DNA from: a virus
Lineage: Duplodnaviria; Caudoviricetes
DNA: 30,409 nt
Reading direction: 5' to 3' (one strand)
Virus record (IMG/VR): IMGVR_UViG_3300029825_000697
Location: 1-30,409 of that record
Position numbers and translations under genes: made by a program. Below are positions 7,949-17,188 of this stretch, piece by piece. The number at the start of each line of letters is the position of its first letter. Within the stretch, counting starts at the first letter, position 1. Below the pieces are notes generated by a model, which worked only from the letters and a program-made list of their open reading frames with translations, was not told the DNA's origin and made no database searches.

Positions 7949-8017
7949 AGTGCATAAGATTGAACAAGGTGATAAGATAATAGATAATAAGAAAATTATA
8001 AAAAGAGGTTACCAAGG

Positions 8018-8350
8018 ATGGAAATAAATATTTCTGAAGAAACAAAAAATACCATTATGGCTTTTACAGGATTGACTATTGAAGAATTCTTGGAAAAGGC
8101 AAAAGATGATATTCTTCAAAAATATCAGGATGGTAATAAAATATCAATCAAAGAAGCTGCTGAATTGATGGGAAAGTCACAGCAGTTTGTAAGGGTTGGA
8201 TTACAAAGGGGAATTCTTCCTTTTGGGGTAGCTATTCAAATAAGTAGTAAAAAATACAGTTATTATATTTCACCAAAGAAATTTTATGAATATGTTGGTT
8301 ATAACACCTCTACTATATCTGAAGAAAGTTCAAAGCAAAATGAAAAATAG
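8018..8350 (+). CDS. Excisionase-like winged-helix DNA-binding protein
   Basis: ISIKEAAELMGKSQQFVRVGLQRGILPFG...YYISPKKF; last gene before the att site. Confidence 0.65.
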   Translation: MEINISEETKNTIMAFTGLTIEEFLEKAKDDILQKYQDGNKISIKEAAELMGKSQQFVRVGLQRGILPFGVAIQISSKKYSYYISPKKFYEYVGYNTSTISEESSKQNEK

Positions 8351-8428
8351 CGATACTAAAACGATACTAATAATCTTTGAATTACCCTTGAACTATCCTT
8401 TTTTTTTCATTGAACATCATTGAACTTT
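8351..8428. promoter_or_regulatory. Putative tyrosine-integrase arm-type sites and accessory-protein repeats
   Basis: CGATACTAA at 8351-8359 and 8362-8370 (11-bp period), followed by pairs of TTGAA(C) motifs spaced about 10-11 bp apart. Confidence 0.55.
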
Positions 8429-8496
8429 AGTTCAAGAAATGCGATAAAACAAGGGTTTTTGATATGTATGAAAACAGTGATAATTGTATAATGACA

Positions 8497-8508
8497 GAGT
8501 GGGAGTAA
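8497..8508 (+). other. Putative attR core duplicating the guaA 3' end
   Basis: GAG TGG GAG TAA = E-W-E-stop, the conserved GMP synthase C-terminus (TIEWE*). It sits at the phage/host boundary and is followed by a terminator. Confidence 0.7.
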
Positions 8509-8515
8509 CGGACAG

Positions 8516-8555
8516 AACCCCGGAAATGCTGATAGAATATTCCCGGGGTTGTTTT
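8516..8555. terminator. Terminator hairpin between attR and the convergent lpdA
   Basis: AACCCCGGAAAT (8516-8527) / ATTCCCGGGGTT (8539-8550) then GTTTT. Confidence 0.75.
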
Positions 8556-8654
8556 ATGCCGTTTGGCTCTATTTATTTGATGAATACTGGATTTTGTATC
8601 ATGATACCTGCCTTAAATACATGACTTTAATTTGCGACAGAAGAAATTTATAGA

Positions 8655-10052
8655 TCACATTTTCTTCGGCATGGAATGTATGGCTTTGCCTATGCATCCA
8701 CACACAGCTTCATAAAAAACCTCAGATAATGTGGGATGCGCAAATATGGCATCTTTTATATCTTCAACAGTAAGGCTGTTCTGTATAGCTAATGAGCCTT
8801 CATGAACTATATCGCTTGCATGAGGTCCCATAATGTGCACTCCAATTATTTTATGGCTTTTTTTCTCGGCAATTACTTTAATAAAGCCCTGTCCTTCACC
8901 CATGGTCAGCGCTTTGCCATTCGCACCAAACATTGATTTTCCTACTACATACTCCACGTTGTTTTCTTTTGCTTCCTCTTCGGTAAAACCAACACAAGCA
9001 GCTTCAGGAAAAGAAAATACACAAGAAGGTATAGCATTATAGTTTACTTTCGAATTGCCACCGTAAATATTTTCAACGCACACCTTTCCTTCTTCTGATG
9101 CAATATGAGCAAGCATAACTCCACCAATAACATCTCCTATGGCATAAACACCCTCCGCAGATGTTTTATAATTTTCATAAACTTTTATACCTTTTTTATC
9201 ATACTCAATTCCTGCAGTTTCTAAATTCAGGCCTTCAGAATTAGGCTTTCTTCCAGCTGCCATCAGCAACAAATCGCAATCAAATTTTAAATCTCCTTTG
9301 CTTCCTCCTACAATTGTTTTTAATTCACTGCCGTAAGATTTCACTTCTTTCAATGCTGAACCTGTTACAATTCTAATGCTTTGTTTTTTTAGGTATACAG
9401 TCAACTTTCTAGAGAGTTCATCATCTAACCTGTACAATATTTTAGGCAAAAATTCTACTATTGTTACCTGTGTGCCAAGGGAAGCAAATATACCTGCAAA
9501 TTCAATTCCTACCACACCACCTCCAAGGATGACCATACTTTTGGGAATATACTCGAAATTTAATACCTCATCACTTGTAACAACACCTTTTAAATCAACT
9601 CCAGGCACAGAAACTGCTGACGGAGACGAGCCTGTAGCAATAATTATATTTGATGCGGTTATTTCTTCTGTCTTTCCTTCGCAAAAAACTTCAAGTGTTT
9701 TAGGCCCTTTGAATACTGCTCTACCATTTACTACTTCAATGCCATTTCCTTTAAGCAACATATTTATACCATTCACCAGTTTATTAACAACTTCAATTTT
9801 CTTTTTTTGCGCCTTGTGCATATCAAAATTGTATTTATCCAAAGACACACCAAATTCATCTGCTTTTTTTAAGCAATTTATCACTTCTGCACTCTTATAA
9901 AACGTCTTTGTAGGTATGCATCCTCTATTTAGACATGTACCTCCTAATTTATTCTCTTCTATAAGTGTTACATTTGCTCCAAGCTGAGCACCTCTTATAG
10001 CGGCTTCATAGCCACCGGGACCACCACCGATAATTACCAGATCTTTTTCCAT
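8655..10052 (-). CDS. lpdA: Dihydrolipoamide dehydrogenase (glycine cleavage L protein)
   Basis: GGGPGGY, redox-active GGTCLNRGCIP, GGGVVGIE, HPTLSE. Start at MEKDLVIIGG (10052) with AAAGGA RBS. Confidence 0.96.
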   Translation of the reverse strand: MEKDLVIIGGGPGGYEAAIRGAQLGANVTLIEENKLGGTCLNRGCIPTKTFYKSAEVINCLKKADEFGVSLDKYNFDMHKAQKKKIEVVNKLVNGINMLLKGNGIEVVNGRAVFKGPKTLEVFCEGKTEEITASNIIIATGSSPSAVSVPGVDLKGVVTSDEVLNFEYIPKSMVILGGGVVGIEFAGIFASLGTQVTIVEFLPKILYRLDDELSRKLTVYLKKQSIRIVTGSALKEVKSYGSELKTIVGGSKGDLKFDCDLLLMAAGRKPNSEGLNLETAGIEYDKKGIKVYENYKTSAEGVYAIGDVIGGVMLAHIASEEGKVCVENIYGGNSKVNYNAIPSCVFSFPEAACVGFTEEEAKENNVEYVVGKSMFGANGKALTMGEGQGFIKVIAEKKSHKIIGVHIMGPHASDIVHEGSLAIQNSLTVEDIKDAIFAHPTLSEVFYEAVCGCIGKAIHSMPKKM

Positions 10053-10065
10053 AGTTACCATTCCT

Positions 10066-11520
10066 TTATTTATTATAGCGAAGCACGGGCTTCCTTGCTG
10101 CCAAAACTTCATCTAGCCTTGACACTATTGTAGTATGTGGTGCAGAATTAACCATTTCAGCGTTATTTTCAGCTTCATCTGCTATTTGCCTCATAGCAGC
10201 TACAAAACCGTCCAATGTTTCTTTTGATTCGCATTCCGTAGGCTCAATCATGATTGCTTCCGAAACAATAAGCGGAAAATAAGTCGTAGGCGGATGGTAT
10301 CCAAAGTCCAGCAGCCGCTTTGCAATATCCAGTGTTGATACTCCGTTTTTCTTTTGTAGATCTCCTGATAACACACATTCGTGCATACATTTCCTGTTAA
10401 AAGGCATGTAATATCTATCTTTGAGATTTGCCGCAATATAATTCGCATTAAGCACGGCGTTTTCGGCAACAGATTTTAAACCTTCAGGGCCCATGCTCAA
10501 TATATATGCATATGCTCTTATACAAACACCGAAATTACCATAAAAGGACCTTACCTTTCCTATGGACAAAGGCTTTTTATAATCAAAAAAATACTTATTA
10601 TTTTTTTCTTCAATAACCGGAACAGGGAGGAAATCTGCCAGATGTTTTTTAACACCTACAGGCCCTGAACCCGGTCCACCACCGCCATGAGGGGTACTGA
10701 AAGTTTTATGAAGATTGAGGTGTACCACGTCAAAGCCCATGTCTCCAGGCCTTGTTATACCTAAAATAGCATTTGCGTTTGCTCCGTCATAATACATCAA
10801 TCCTCCTGCTTTATGTACTATTTCGGAAATCTTCAGTATGTTTTCGTCAAACAACCCGAGGGTATTAGGATTTGTAAGCATAAAACCCGCAATTTCATCG
10901 CTCATTAAGGATTTTAACGACTCTAAATCAACAAGACCTTTTTCATTTGATTTTACTTCTAAAACATCAAATCCTGCTACTGAAGCAGATGCCGGATTAG
11001 TACCATGAGCAGAATCTGGTACAATTATTTTGTTCCTTTTGCTATCTCCATTATTTTTATGATAGGCCCTTATTATCATAAGACCTGTAAGCTCTCCATG
11101 AGCCCCTGCGGAAGGTTGCAGTGTAAACCGATCCATTCCCGTTATTTCAGAAAGCATGCCGCCAAGATTATACATAAGCTTCATTGCCCCTTGAACTGTT
11201 TCTTCAGGCTGGTATGGATGAAGATTTGTAAAGCCGTCATATCTTGAAACAACCTCATTCACTTTTGGATTGTACTTCATTGTGCAGCTTCCCAGAGGAT
11301 AAAAACCCGAATCAACTCCGTGATTTCTTTGAGAAATTTTTGTAAAATGACGTACTGCATCTAATTCGCTTACTTCAGGAAGCTCAAGCTCCTTTACCCT
11401 TAAAAAACCCTTCCCTAAAATTTCTTCCGGAGGTTTAACAGGCACATCACATTCAGGCAGAGAATATGCTTTTCGTCCCGGCCTGCTTATTTCAAATATT
11501 AATGGTTGATATTTCTGCAT
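10066..11520 (-). CDS. gcvPB: Glycine dehydrogenase (decarboxylating) subunit 2
   Basis: [22 protein letters not shown] lysine motif [22 protein letters not shown]. Confidence 0.97.
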   Translation of the reverse strand: MQKYQPLIFEISRPGRKAYSLPECDVPVKPPEEILGKGFLRVKELELPEVSELDAVRHFTKISQRNHGVDSGFYPLGSCTMKYNPKVNEVVSRYDGFTNLHPYQPEETVQGAMKLMYNLGGMLSEITGMDRFTLQPSAGAHGELTGLMIIRAYHKNNGDSKRNKIIVPDSAHGTNPASASVAGFDVLEVKSNEKGLVDLESLKSLMSDEIAGFMLTNPNTLGLFDENILKISEIVHKAGGLMYYDGANANAILGITRPGDMGFDVVHLNLHKTFSTPHGGGGPGSGPVGVKKHLADFLPVPVIEEKNNKYFFDYKKPLSIGKVRSFYGNFGVCIRAYAYILSMGPEGLKSVAENAVLNANYIAANLKDRYYMPFNRKCMHECVLSGDLQKKNGVSTLDIAKRLLDFGYHPPTTYFPLIVSEAIMIEPTECESKETLDGFVAAMRQIADEAENNAEMVNSAPHTTIVSRLDEVLAARKPVLRYNK

Positions 11521-11521
11521 A

Positions 11522-12859
11522 TTATTCAGCCGCCTTTCTTGTTAATTCATCTATTTCTTTTTTAGTACGCTTTTCAGTAACTGCAACAAGCCATCCATTT
11601 TTTAATTCGAGATAGTCTTTTTCAATTTTGTAGCCTCCGATTATTTTACTTTTTAAAAGCTTATCATTAACCTCCTTAACATGTTCATTGCTTTTTACCA
11701 CAAATTCCTTAAAGAATGGTTTAGAAAACACCGGGCTGAATTTTCCCGTTTTAATCAACTGATCATAGGCATAATGAGATTTTTGCAAACATAGATTCGC
11801 TACTTCTTTTAATCCTTCTTTTCCCATTATCGTTAGATAGATCGTAGCTATTAGAGCATTTAACGCCTGGTTTGAACAGATGTTTGACGTTGCTTTTTCC
11901 CTTCTTATATGCTGTTCCCTGGTCTGAAGAGTGAGAACAAACCCTCTGTTTCCATTTTTATCAACTGTTTCTCCCACAATTCTCCCTGGCATTTTACGCA
12001 TCATCTTTTCTGTAACAGCCATAAATCCAAGATACGGACCGCCAAAGTTAAGGCTGTTTCCTAAAGATTGCCCTTCTCCTACAGCTATATCCGCTCCTAA
12101 TTCACCGGGACTCTTTAACAATGCAAGAGATATGGGATCCGAATTTACGATCAGCATACTCTTGTTGCTGTGTATTATATCTTTAATATCGGCAATATCT
12201 TCTACGATTCCAAAAAAATTTGGATTTTGAACTATTACCGCTGCAGTATTTCCATTTATTTTGTTTTTTAAGTCACTCGAACATGTTTGGCCGTCCTCAT
12301 ATTTTAATTCAATTATTGACATATTTCTAAACTGTGCATATGTATTTAATACCTTTCTAACTTCCGGATGAACTGTAGATGATATTAAAATTTCTGATCT
12401 TCTGGTAGACCGGCATGCCATTATGGCTGCTTCAGCCGTAGATGTAGCTCCATCATACAAAGACGCATTGGCAACAGGAAGCCCTGTAAGCTCACTTATC
12501 ATTGTTTGATATTCAAAAATTGACTGCAGTGTACCCTGGCTTATTTCAGGTTGGTACGGAGTGTATGATGTATAAAATTCCTGCCTTGAAATCAGCTGGT
12601 CAATAACTGCAGGAATAAAATGGTCATATACACCTGCACCTAAAAAGCATATATAATCATCAAGATTATAATTTTCGCAGGATAATGCTTTTATATTTTT
12701 AACCAGTTCCATTTCAGACTGGGCATCAGGTATATTCAAACCTCCTTTTAAGCGTACCTCATTAGGAATTTCTTCAAATAAAGATTCAATACTGTCACAG
12801 CCTATATCATTCAGCATTTGCTCTCTGTCTTCACTGGTATTCCCAATATATCTGTTCAT
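11522..12859 (-). CDS. gcvPA: Glycine dehydrogenase (decarboxylating) subunit 1
   Basis: [42 protein letters not shown]; start 12859 from GGAGG spacing. Confidence 0.97.
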   Translation of the reverse strand: MNRYIGNTSEDREQMLNDIGCDSIESLFEEIPNEVRLKGGLNIPDAQSEMELVKNIKALSCENYNLDDYICFLGAGVYDHFIPAVIDQLISRQEFYTSYTPYQPEISQGTLQSIFEYQTMISELTGLPVANASLYDGATSTAEAAIMACRSTRRSEILISSTVHPEVRKVLNTYAQFRNMSIIELKYEDGQTCSSDLKNKINGNTAAVIVQNPNFFGIVEDIADIKDIIHSNKSMLIVNSDPISLALLKSPGELGADIAVGEGQSLGNSLNFGGPYLGFMAVTEKMMRKMPGRIVGETVDKNGNRGFVLTLQTREQHIRREKATSNICSNQALNALIATIYLTIMGKEGLKEVANLCLQKSHYAYDQLIKTGKFSPVFSKPFFKEFVVKSNEHVKEVNDKLLKSKIIGGYKIEKDYLELKNGWLVAVTEKRTKKEIDELTRKAAE

Positions 12860-12870
12860 CATATCCTCCT

Positions 12871-13245
12871 TTATTCGCATATTTTTTCATAATCTTCTGC
12901 AGAAAGGAGTTTTTCAATTTCTTCAGTACTGTCAATTTCTAAAATAACAAACCAAGCTTCGTAAGGGTTCTCATTAATTAAACCAGGGTTATCAATCAAC
13001 TCTTCATTCACCTTCGTAACCATTCCGGAAACAGGAGCATAAACATCTGAAGCAGCTTTAACTGATTCTAAAACCACAAACTGATCTCCTGACTTAACAG
13101 CTGTATCAACTTCAGGGAGCTCTACATAAACAATTTCTCCCAAACGGTCCTGTGCATAATCCGTAATTCCGACATAAGCTTTATTTCCTTCAACCTTTAC
13201 CCATTCGTGTGAATCAGAATACTTTAATTTCTCCAATATTTTCAT
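12871..13245 (-). CDS. gcvH: Glycine cleavage system H protein
   Basis: [14 protein letters not shown], lipoyl-lysine motif ESVKAASD. Confidence 0.97.
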   Translation of the reverse strand: MKILEKLKYSDSHEWVKVEGNKAYVGITDYAQDRLGEIVYVELPEVDTAVKSGDQFVVLESVKAASDVYAPVSGMVTKVNEELIDNPGLINENPYEAWFVILEIDSTEEIEKLLSAEDYEKICE

Positions 13246-13264
13246 AATAAATCTCCTCGTATAA

Positions 13265-13300
13265 TATGTTTAGAACTACATTTTAGGTGTTCTAAACATA
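13265..13300. promoter_or_regulatory. Perfect 12-bp inverted repeat just upstream of gcvH
   Basis: TATGTTTAGAAC-N12-GTTCTAAACATA. Confidence 0.55.
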
Positions 13301-13409
13301 AATTTATTTTTTAGGCAAATTGCAATTCTTATTGAACTAATTTTATCACTATCACATCTATTAATAATACTAAGTAAGTACTACTAAACATGAAAGCCAA
13401 AGTCTTCAG

Positions 13410-13476
13410 GCGCATATCTGAATCGTAAGGAGGCGTAGCCGACTGGAGATTCTAATATGCGCTCCGGCTTCGCCGA
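13410..13476. repeat. GC-rich REP-like nested hairpin element
   Basis: GCGCATAT/ATATGCGC and GAATC/GATTC stems; GGC-GTA-GCC and CGGC-TTC-GCCG triloop hairpins within AT-rich DNA. Confidence 0.5.
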
Positions 13477-13549
13477 TGTGCTAATAACGTCCAATCCATA
13501 TTACAATTTGCTTTAAATCTAATGTTTTATTCATTTTCAATTTTTAATT

Positions 13550-13780
13550 GAGATATCCTAATGCTATAATAGAATTAAAGAATATTAGCGAAGGATAATT
13601 CAATTCCTCCTTGCAAAACCCTTTGGTTATTGCCTAAAAAGCTTGCTTCCTGACTTAACTGTCATATTCTGCTTACTACAGATGCCGCATCTCTTTGATT
13701 AGACCAACAGCAAGGTTAGTTTTCAAAGATGAATGCTAATAATGCGAGGTTTCAGTCAGCAGTTAAGATTAGGATATCTC
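13550..13780 (+). ncRNA. Candidate IS110 bridge RNA region
   Basis: 13-bp inverted repeat GAGATATCCTAAT (13550-13562) / ATTAGGATATCTC (13768-13780); internal CTTAACTG/CAGTTAAG pairing; located upstream of an IS110 recombinase. Confidence 0.55.
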
Positions 13781-13824
13781 TTTTACTAATTGTTCTTCAA
13801 TGACCTATGAAAGGTGGTGATTTC

Positions 13825-15102
13825 ATGAAAAACAATTTTTTATCGACTTTATTTGTTGGTATTGATGTTAGCTCTAAAACTAACGTTTTGTGTGCTCTTG
13901 ATTTTCAAGGTGATAAACTTCTCAATCTAAAGGCTTTGAATAATCAGCCTGGTGCTGAATCTATTTTAGAAAGTATCTTGGACTGTTTAAATTCTAGTAG
14001 CTTAAAATATGTTGTTATCGCCTTAGAATCAACTTCTTTTTACAGTACTCACATTGCTAATTTTTTATCTTCTAATGAGGTTCTTTTGGCATATACACCT
14101 ATGGTTTATTGCCTTAATCCTAAGACTATTGCCAATTACAGAAAGTCTTTTATTGATATGGATAAAACTGACCCACTAGATGCCTTTATCATTGCTGATT
14201 TTGCAAGGTGTGGTAGAATTACATCTCAGCCTTGGCGAGGTGCTCAGTTTCTTGCTTTACAAAGACTTACCAGACACAGGTTACATTTGATTGAATCTGC
14301 CTCTAGAGAAAAGGCATATATGGTCTCTAATATTTATTTAAAGTTCAGTCAATTAGCTGTTGTTAAAGATGAGGACAAGCCATTTTCTAATACCTATGGG
14401 GCTACCTCTAAAGCAGTCTTAACTGAATTTCTTTCTTTAGATGATATTGCTTATTCCTCTTTAGAAGATTTAGTTGAATTCATTAAATCTAAAGGTAAAA
14501 ATCGCTTTAGCAATCCAGTAGAAACAGCTAAACTATTACAAAAAGCTGCAAGGGATTCTTATCGTTTAGATAAGGTTCTTTATGAGCCTTTAAATATTTC
14601 AATTGCTTCTTCCTTTAATGTTATCAAAGCTCTGCAAATTGAAATTAAAGAGATTGATAAAGCAATTGAAAAAAATATTAAAGGCATTAATACTACTGAA
14701 TATCAGTCACTGATTTCTATTCCAGGTATTGGCCCTGTATTTGCTAGTGGCATTTTGGCTGAAATTGGTTCTATTACTTCTTTTTCTTCCAATGATGCAT
14801 TGGCTAAATATGCTGGCTTAACCTGGAGAATCAAGGAGTCTGGTGATTATTCCGCTGATGAAACTAATATGACCAAAACCGGGAACAAGTACCTCAGATA
14901 CTATTTGATAGAGGCTGCTAATAGTGTTAAAAACAATGTTCCTGAGTTTAATAAGTATTACCATAAAAAGTTTGATGAAGTAACTTCTCATCAACACAAA
15001 CGAGCACTCGCATTAACATCTCGTAAACTAGTACGCCTGATTTTTGGATTGCTGACCAAGAATCAAATCTACTCCAGCAATAAAGCTGGTGAGGTACAAT
15101 AA
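13825..15102 (+). CDS. IS110 family transposase/recombinase (DEDD RuvC-like plus Tnp domain)
   Basis: GIDVS, LESTSFY, KTDPLDA, IPGIG, ESG, GNKYLR; ATG at 13825 after AAGGTGGTG. Confidence 0.96.
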   Translation: MKNNFLSTLFVGIDVSSKTNVLCALDFQGDKLLNLKALNNQPGAESILESILDCLNSSSLKYVVIALESTSFYSTHIANFLSSNEVLLAYTPMVYCLNPKTIANYRKSFIDMDKTDPLDAFIIADFARCGRITSQPWRGAQFLALQRLTRHRLHLIESASREKAYMVSNIYLKFSQLAVVKDEDKPFSNTYGATSKAVLTEFLSLDDIAYSSLEDLVEFIKSKGKNRFSNPVETAKLLQKAARDSYRLDKVLYEPLNISIASSFNVIKALQIEIKEIDKAIEKNIKGINTTEYQSLISIPGIGPVFASGILAEIGSITSFSSNDALAKYAGLTWRIKESGDYSADETNMTKTGNKYLRYYLIEAANSVKNNVPEFNKYYHKKFDEVTSHQHKRALALTSRKLVRLIFGLLTKNQIYSSNKAGEVQ

Positions 15103-15238
15103 AATTTTCCCTCTTTTATCCTATTTTTTCTTTGAAATTGATAGGCTCTATTAAAGTTACTCTTTTTTAATCAATTCTTTTAATTTTATTTATTTTTTTC
15201 TCTTGACATATTACCAGATTGCTTTAAGAGCTTGTAAT

Positions 15239-15326
15239 ATGCAATATGATTGCATTAAAGTTAATCAAATCTATTGACAATAGAAAGTGTGTTGCATATA
15301 ATTAATTTAATGCAAGATACTTGCGT
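15239..15326 (+). promoter_or_regulatory. Consensus sigma-A promoter flanked by ATGCAA-N5-TTGC(A/G)T operators
   Basis: TTGACA (15274-15279), 17 bp, TATAAT (15297-15302); palindromes at 15239-15255 and 15310-15326; half-site at 15292-15297. Confidence 0.85.
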
Positions 15327-15429
15327 ATTTATAATACTTTAAATTGCACATGTTGTCAACAAAAATTATGGTTGTAAATATTACCATAATATAAAAGTTG
15401 TAATGGTAGAATAAGGGGGATAGAGAATT

Positions 15430-15990
15430 ATGAGAAAAACTAAGATGATGAAAAGTATTTCAAGAATGTATGAGGGGATGCAGCTTGATGAAGAACAGGT
15501 TTTTAGAAAGGCAAAATTACTACTTGTAATTTACCGAGATGTAGTATGGACATCAATTAAAGAAGTAAATTATGTTAAGGAAGTATGTACTGCTTATTAT
15601 AGCAATGATTTATCTCTTGCACTTACTTATTTAAATGATTTTGCACCTACAGAAAGAAAAGAAGATTTTATGGAGAAAGTATCTGGTATCTTTGAAACGA
15701 AATGGATGATAGATTTAATAGATACAGCCATGATAAAGATTTATGATTATCACCATAATGGAAAGTTATATCATGAAATACTATCAAAATGCTATATTAC
15801 AGCATATACAATGACAGAGGGGGAAATGTTAGAAGCACTTTGCATGGAGAGATCAAACTTTTATATAAAGAAAAAAGAAGCAATAAAACTCTTTGGAATA
15901 GCATTATGGGGATATGCGCTTCCAAGATATCAGGAATTATTAATAGAAAATAACGAATATACAGTACATTCAAATTCATATTTTTACTAG
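15430..15990 (+). CDS. Putative ArpU/RinA-like transcriptional activator
   Basis: C-terminal EILSKCYI...EMLEALCMERSNFYIKKKEAIKLF HTH-like pattern; phased repeats directly downstream. Confidence 0.6.
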   Translation: MRKTKMMKSISRMYEGMQLDEEQVFRKAKLLLVIYRDVVWTSIKEVNYVKEVCTAYYSNDLSLALTYLNDFAPTERKEDFMEKVSGIFETKWMIDLIDTAMIKIYDYHHNGKLYHEILSKCYITAYTMTEGEMLEALCMERSNFYIKKKEAIKLFGIALWGYALPRYQELLIENNEYTVHSNSYFY

Positions 15991-16056
15991 CAGACTAATT
16001 GCATACTAAATACATACTCATTGCGTACTGACATTGGACAAGCAGTGTTCTATACT
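15991..16056 (+). promoter_or_regulatory. Four helically phased repeats abutting a promoter
   Basis: CAGACT 15991, CATACT 16002, CATACT 16013, CGTACT 16024 (11-bp period); CTGACA (16028-16033), 17 bp, TATACT (16051-16056). Confidence 0.7.
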
Positions 16057-16103
16057 ATGTATTATGGAGGAGTATGGCATAAATTAAATAAAGAAAAATA
16101 ATA

Positions 16104-16208
16104 AGCCTTGGCATTTGAAAAAAGTGCCAGGGCTATATTTATGCCCTCTTCTAAATAATACGGCAGATAAAGAGCCGAGAATAACATTTTGTTATTCTCG
16201 GTTTTTTT
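16104..16208 (+). terminator. Two leader hairpins; the second is a strong intrinsic terminator
   Basis: AGCCTTGGCATTT/AAGTGCCAGGGCT (16104-16134); CCGAGAATAACA/TGTTATTCTCGG (16175-16201) plus T7. Confidence 0.75.
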
Positions 16209-16232
16209 ATTGCCCAAAATTAAGGAGGCAGT

Positions 16233-16271
16233 ATGAAACGCTGGGAAACTTATATTGCTAGATACCCATGA
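16233..16271 (+). CDS. Putative leader peptide MKRWETYIARYP
   Basis: AAGGAGG RBS; stop codon abuts a hairpin (16273-16316) that sequesters the sigma gene's GGAGG. Confidence 0.5.
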   Translation: MKRWETYIARYP

Positions 16272-16323
16272 TCCTTTGATTTTTTCTAATTAAAACAAAA
16301 AAGAAAAAATTGGAGGAATGGAA

Positions 16324-16788
16324 ATGGCAAATTTTATGAATGGTTATGGTCTTCAAGTAATTAAAGGTAAAAACAAAGAAAGGTATTTTGTTTCATTTAC
16401 AGATGGTGATGGTGAATATCAAAGAGTTGAAATTAATTTTGGTATTTACTCTGCTTTATTTGAATTAAATAAAAGAGATAGAAATCTTACACGATCAGAT
16501 GAAAGGAATCTAGAATATTCAGAGCTTACAGATGAAACACTAATTAGAAGAGCCTTTGAAAAACCAAAAGGTATAGAAGAAATTATATTAGAAAAAGAAA
16601 TGAAAAAGTTATTCTGGAAAGCTATTGGAGAATTAACTGATGTTCAAAGAAAAAGATTACTTTTATATTATGATTGCGGTCTTACATTAAAAGAAATTGC
16701 AAATTTGGAAAACTGCTCAATCCGTGCAATTAAGTACAGTATAGACATTGCAAAAAGTAAATTAGAAGAAAAGATAAGAAAGTTTTAA
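16324..16788 (+). CDS. Sigma-70 region 4 / ECF-like factor of mobile elements (Tn916 Orf7-like role)
   Basis: AIGELTDVQRKRLLLYYDCGLTLKEIANLENCS; ATG at 16324 from RBS spacing. Confidence 0.85.
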   Translation: MANFMNGYGLQVIKGKNKERYFVSFTDGDGEYQRVEINFGIYSALFELNKRDRNLTRSDERNLEYSELTDETLIRRAFEKPKGIEEIILEKEMKKLFWKAIGELTDVQRKRLLLYYDCGLTLKEIANLENCSIRAIKYSIDIAKSKLEEKIRKF

Positions 16789-16896
16789 ATTTAGACTTCA
16801 AAAATAGGGTTCAAATGTGGAAACAGGTGAAGGGATATTTTTTCTCTTCTCTGTTTTTATTTTGAACAACAGGTTGTACTTTGAAAACTTAATATC

Positions 16897-17188
16897 CGAT
16901 TTCATAAATACTTTAGCTGATAAGCCAAAGATGGAAAAGCGACAAAGGAAGATGCGCCAAGACCACCTGTATAAAATATATTTTATATAAAAGTCGGCTT
17001 TCTAAGGTAAAGAGCGGTACCCATCTGTTCCTAAAAATAATCTATGGTAGATTGTTCGCCACAACCTTGTCAGCCTATAATGATACTTCTGCCTAGCCAC
17101 AGACATCCCAATGGGGGCAGCCAGCGGAGATCCCGGTGGAGGTGAAATGCCTATGATGAAGTCTAACTAACTTTAGTTTATGAAATCG
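16897..17188 (+). ncRNA. Candidate large structured RNA (~290 nt)
   Basis: Perfect 12-bp closing helix 16897-16908/17177-17188 with nested helices 16916-16924/17066-17074 and 16929-16934/17021-17026; GC-richer than flanks; no ORF in the track. Confidence 0.6.

Larger units (their letters stand above)
1..8508 (+). mobile_element. Phage-related island / putative phage satellite (right part; left end and integrase outside the window), probably integrated at the guaA 3' end
   Basis: Contains TerS, tape measure, head-closure, HTH switch and Xis-like genes. Integrase arm-like repeats at 8351-8370 and a guaA-like EWE* core at 8497-8508 mark the end. CpG is visibly sparse compared with the adjacent gcv genes. 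Confidence 0.75.
13508..15227 (+). mobile_element. IS110-family insertion sequence
   Basis: Transposase, long left non-coding end, TTGCTTTAA at both junctions (13508-13516 and 15219-15227) and an outward-facing TTGACA at 15203-15208. Confidence 0.85.

Noticed and set aside
13381-13500. Glycine riboswitch upstream of gcvH
   Set aside because: The minus strand has GGAG-stem-CTGAAG but lacks the CTCAGG element and the tandem aptamer. It fits a REP-like hairpin better.
16897-17188. Group II intron
   Set aside because: No GTGCG 5' end, no recognisable domain V/VI and no RT/maturase. Kept only as an unassigned structured RNA.
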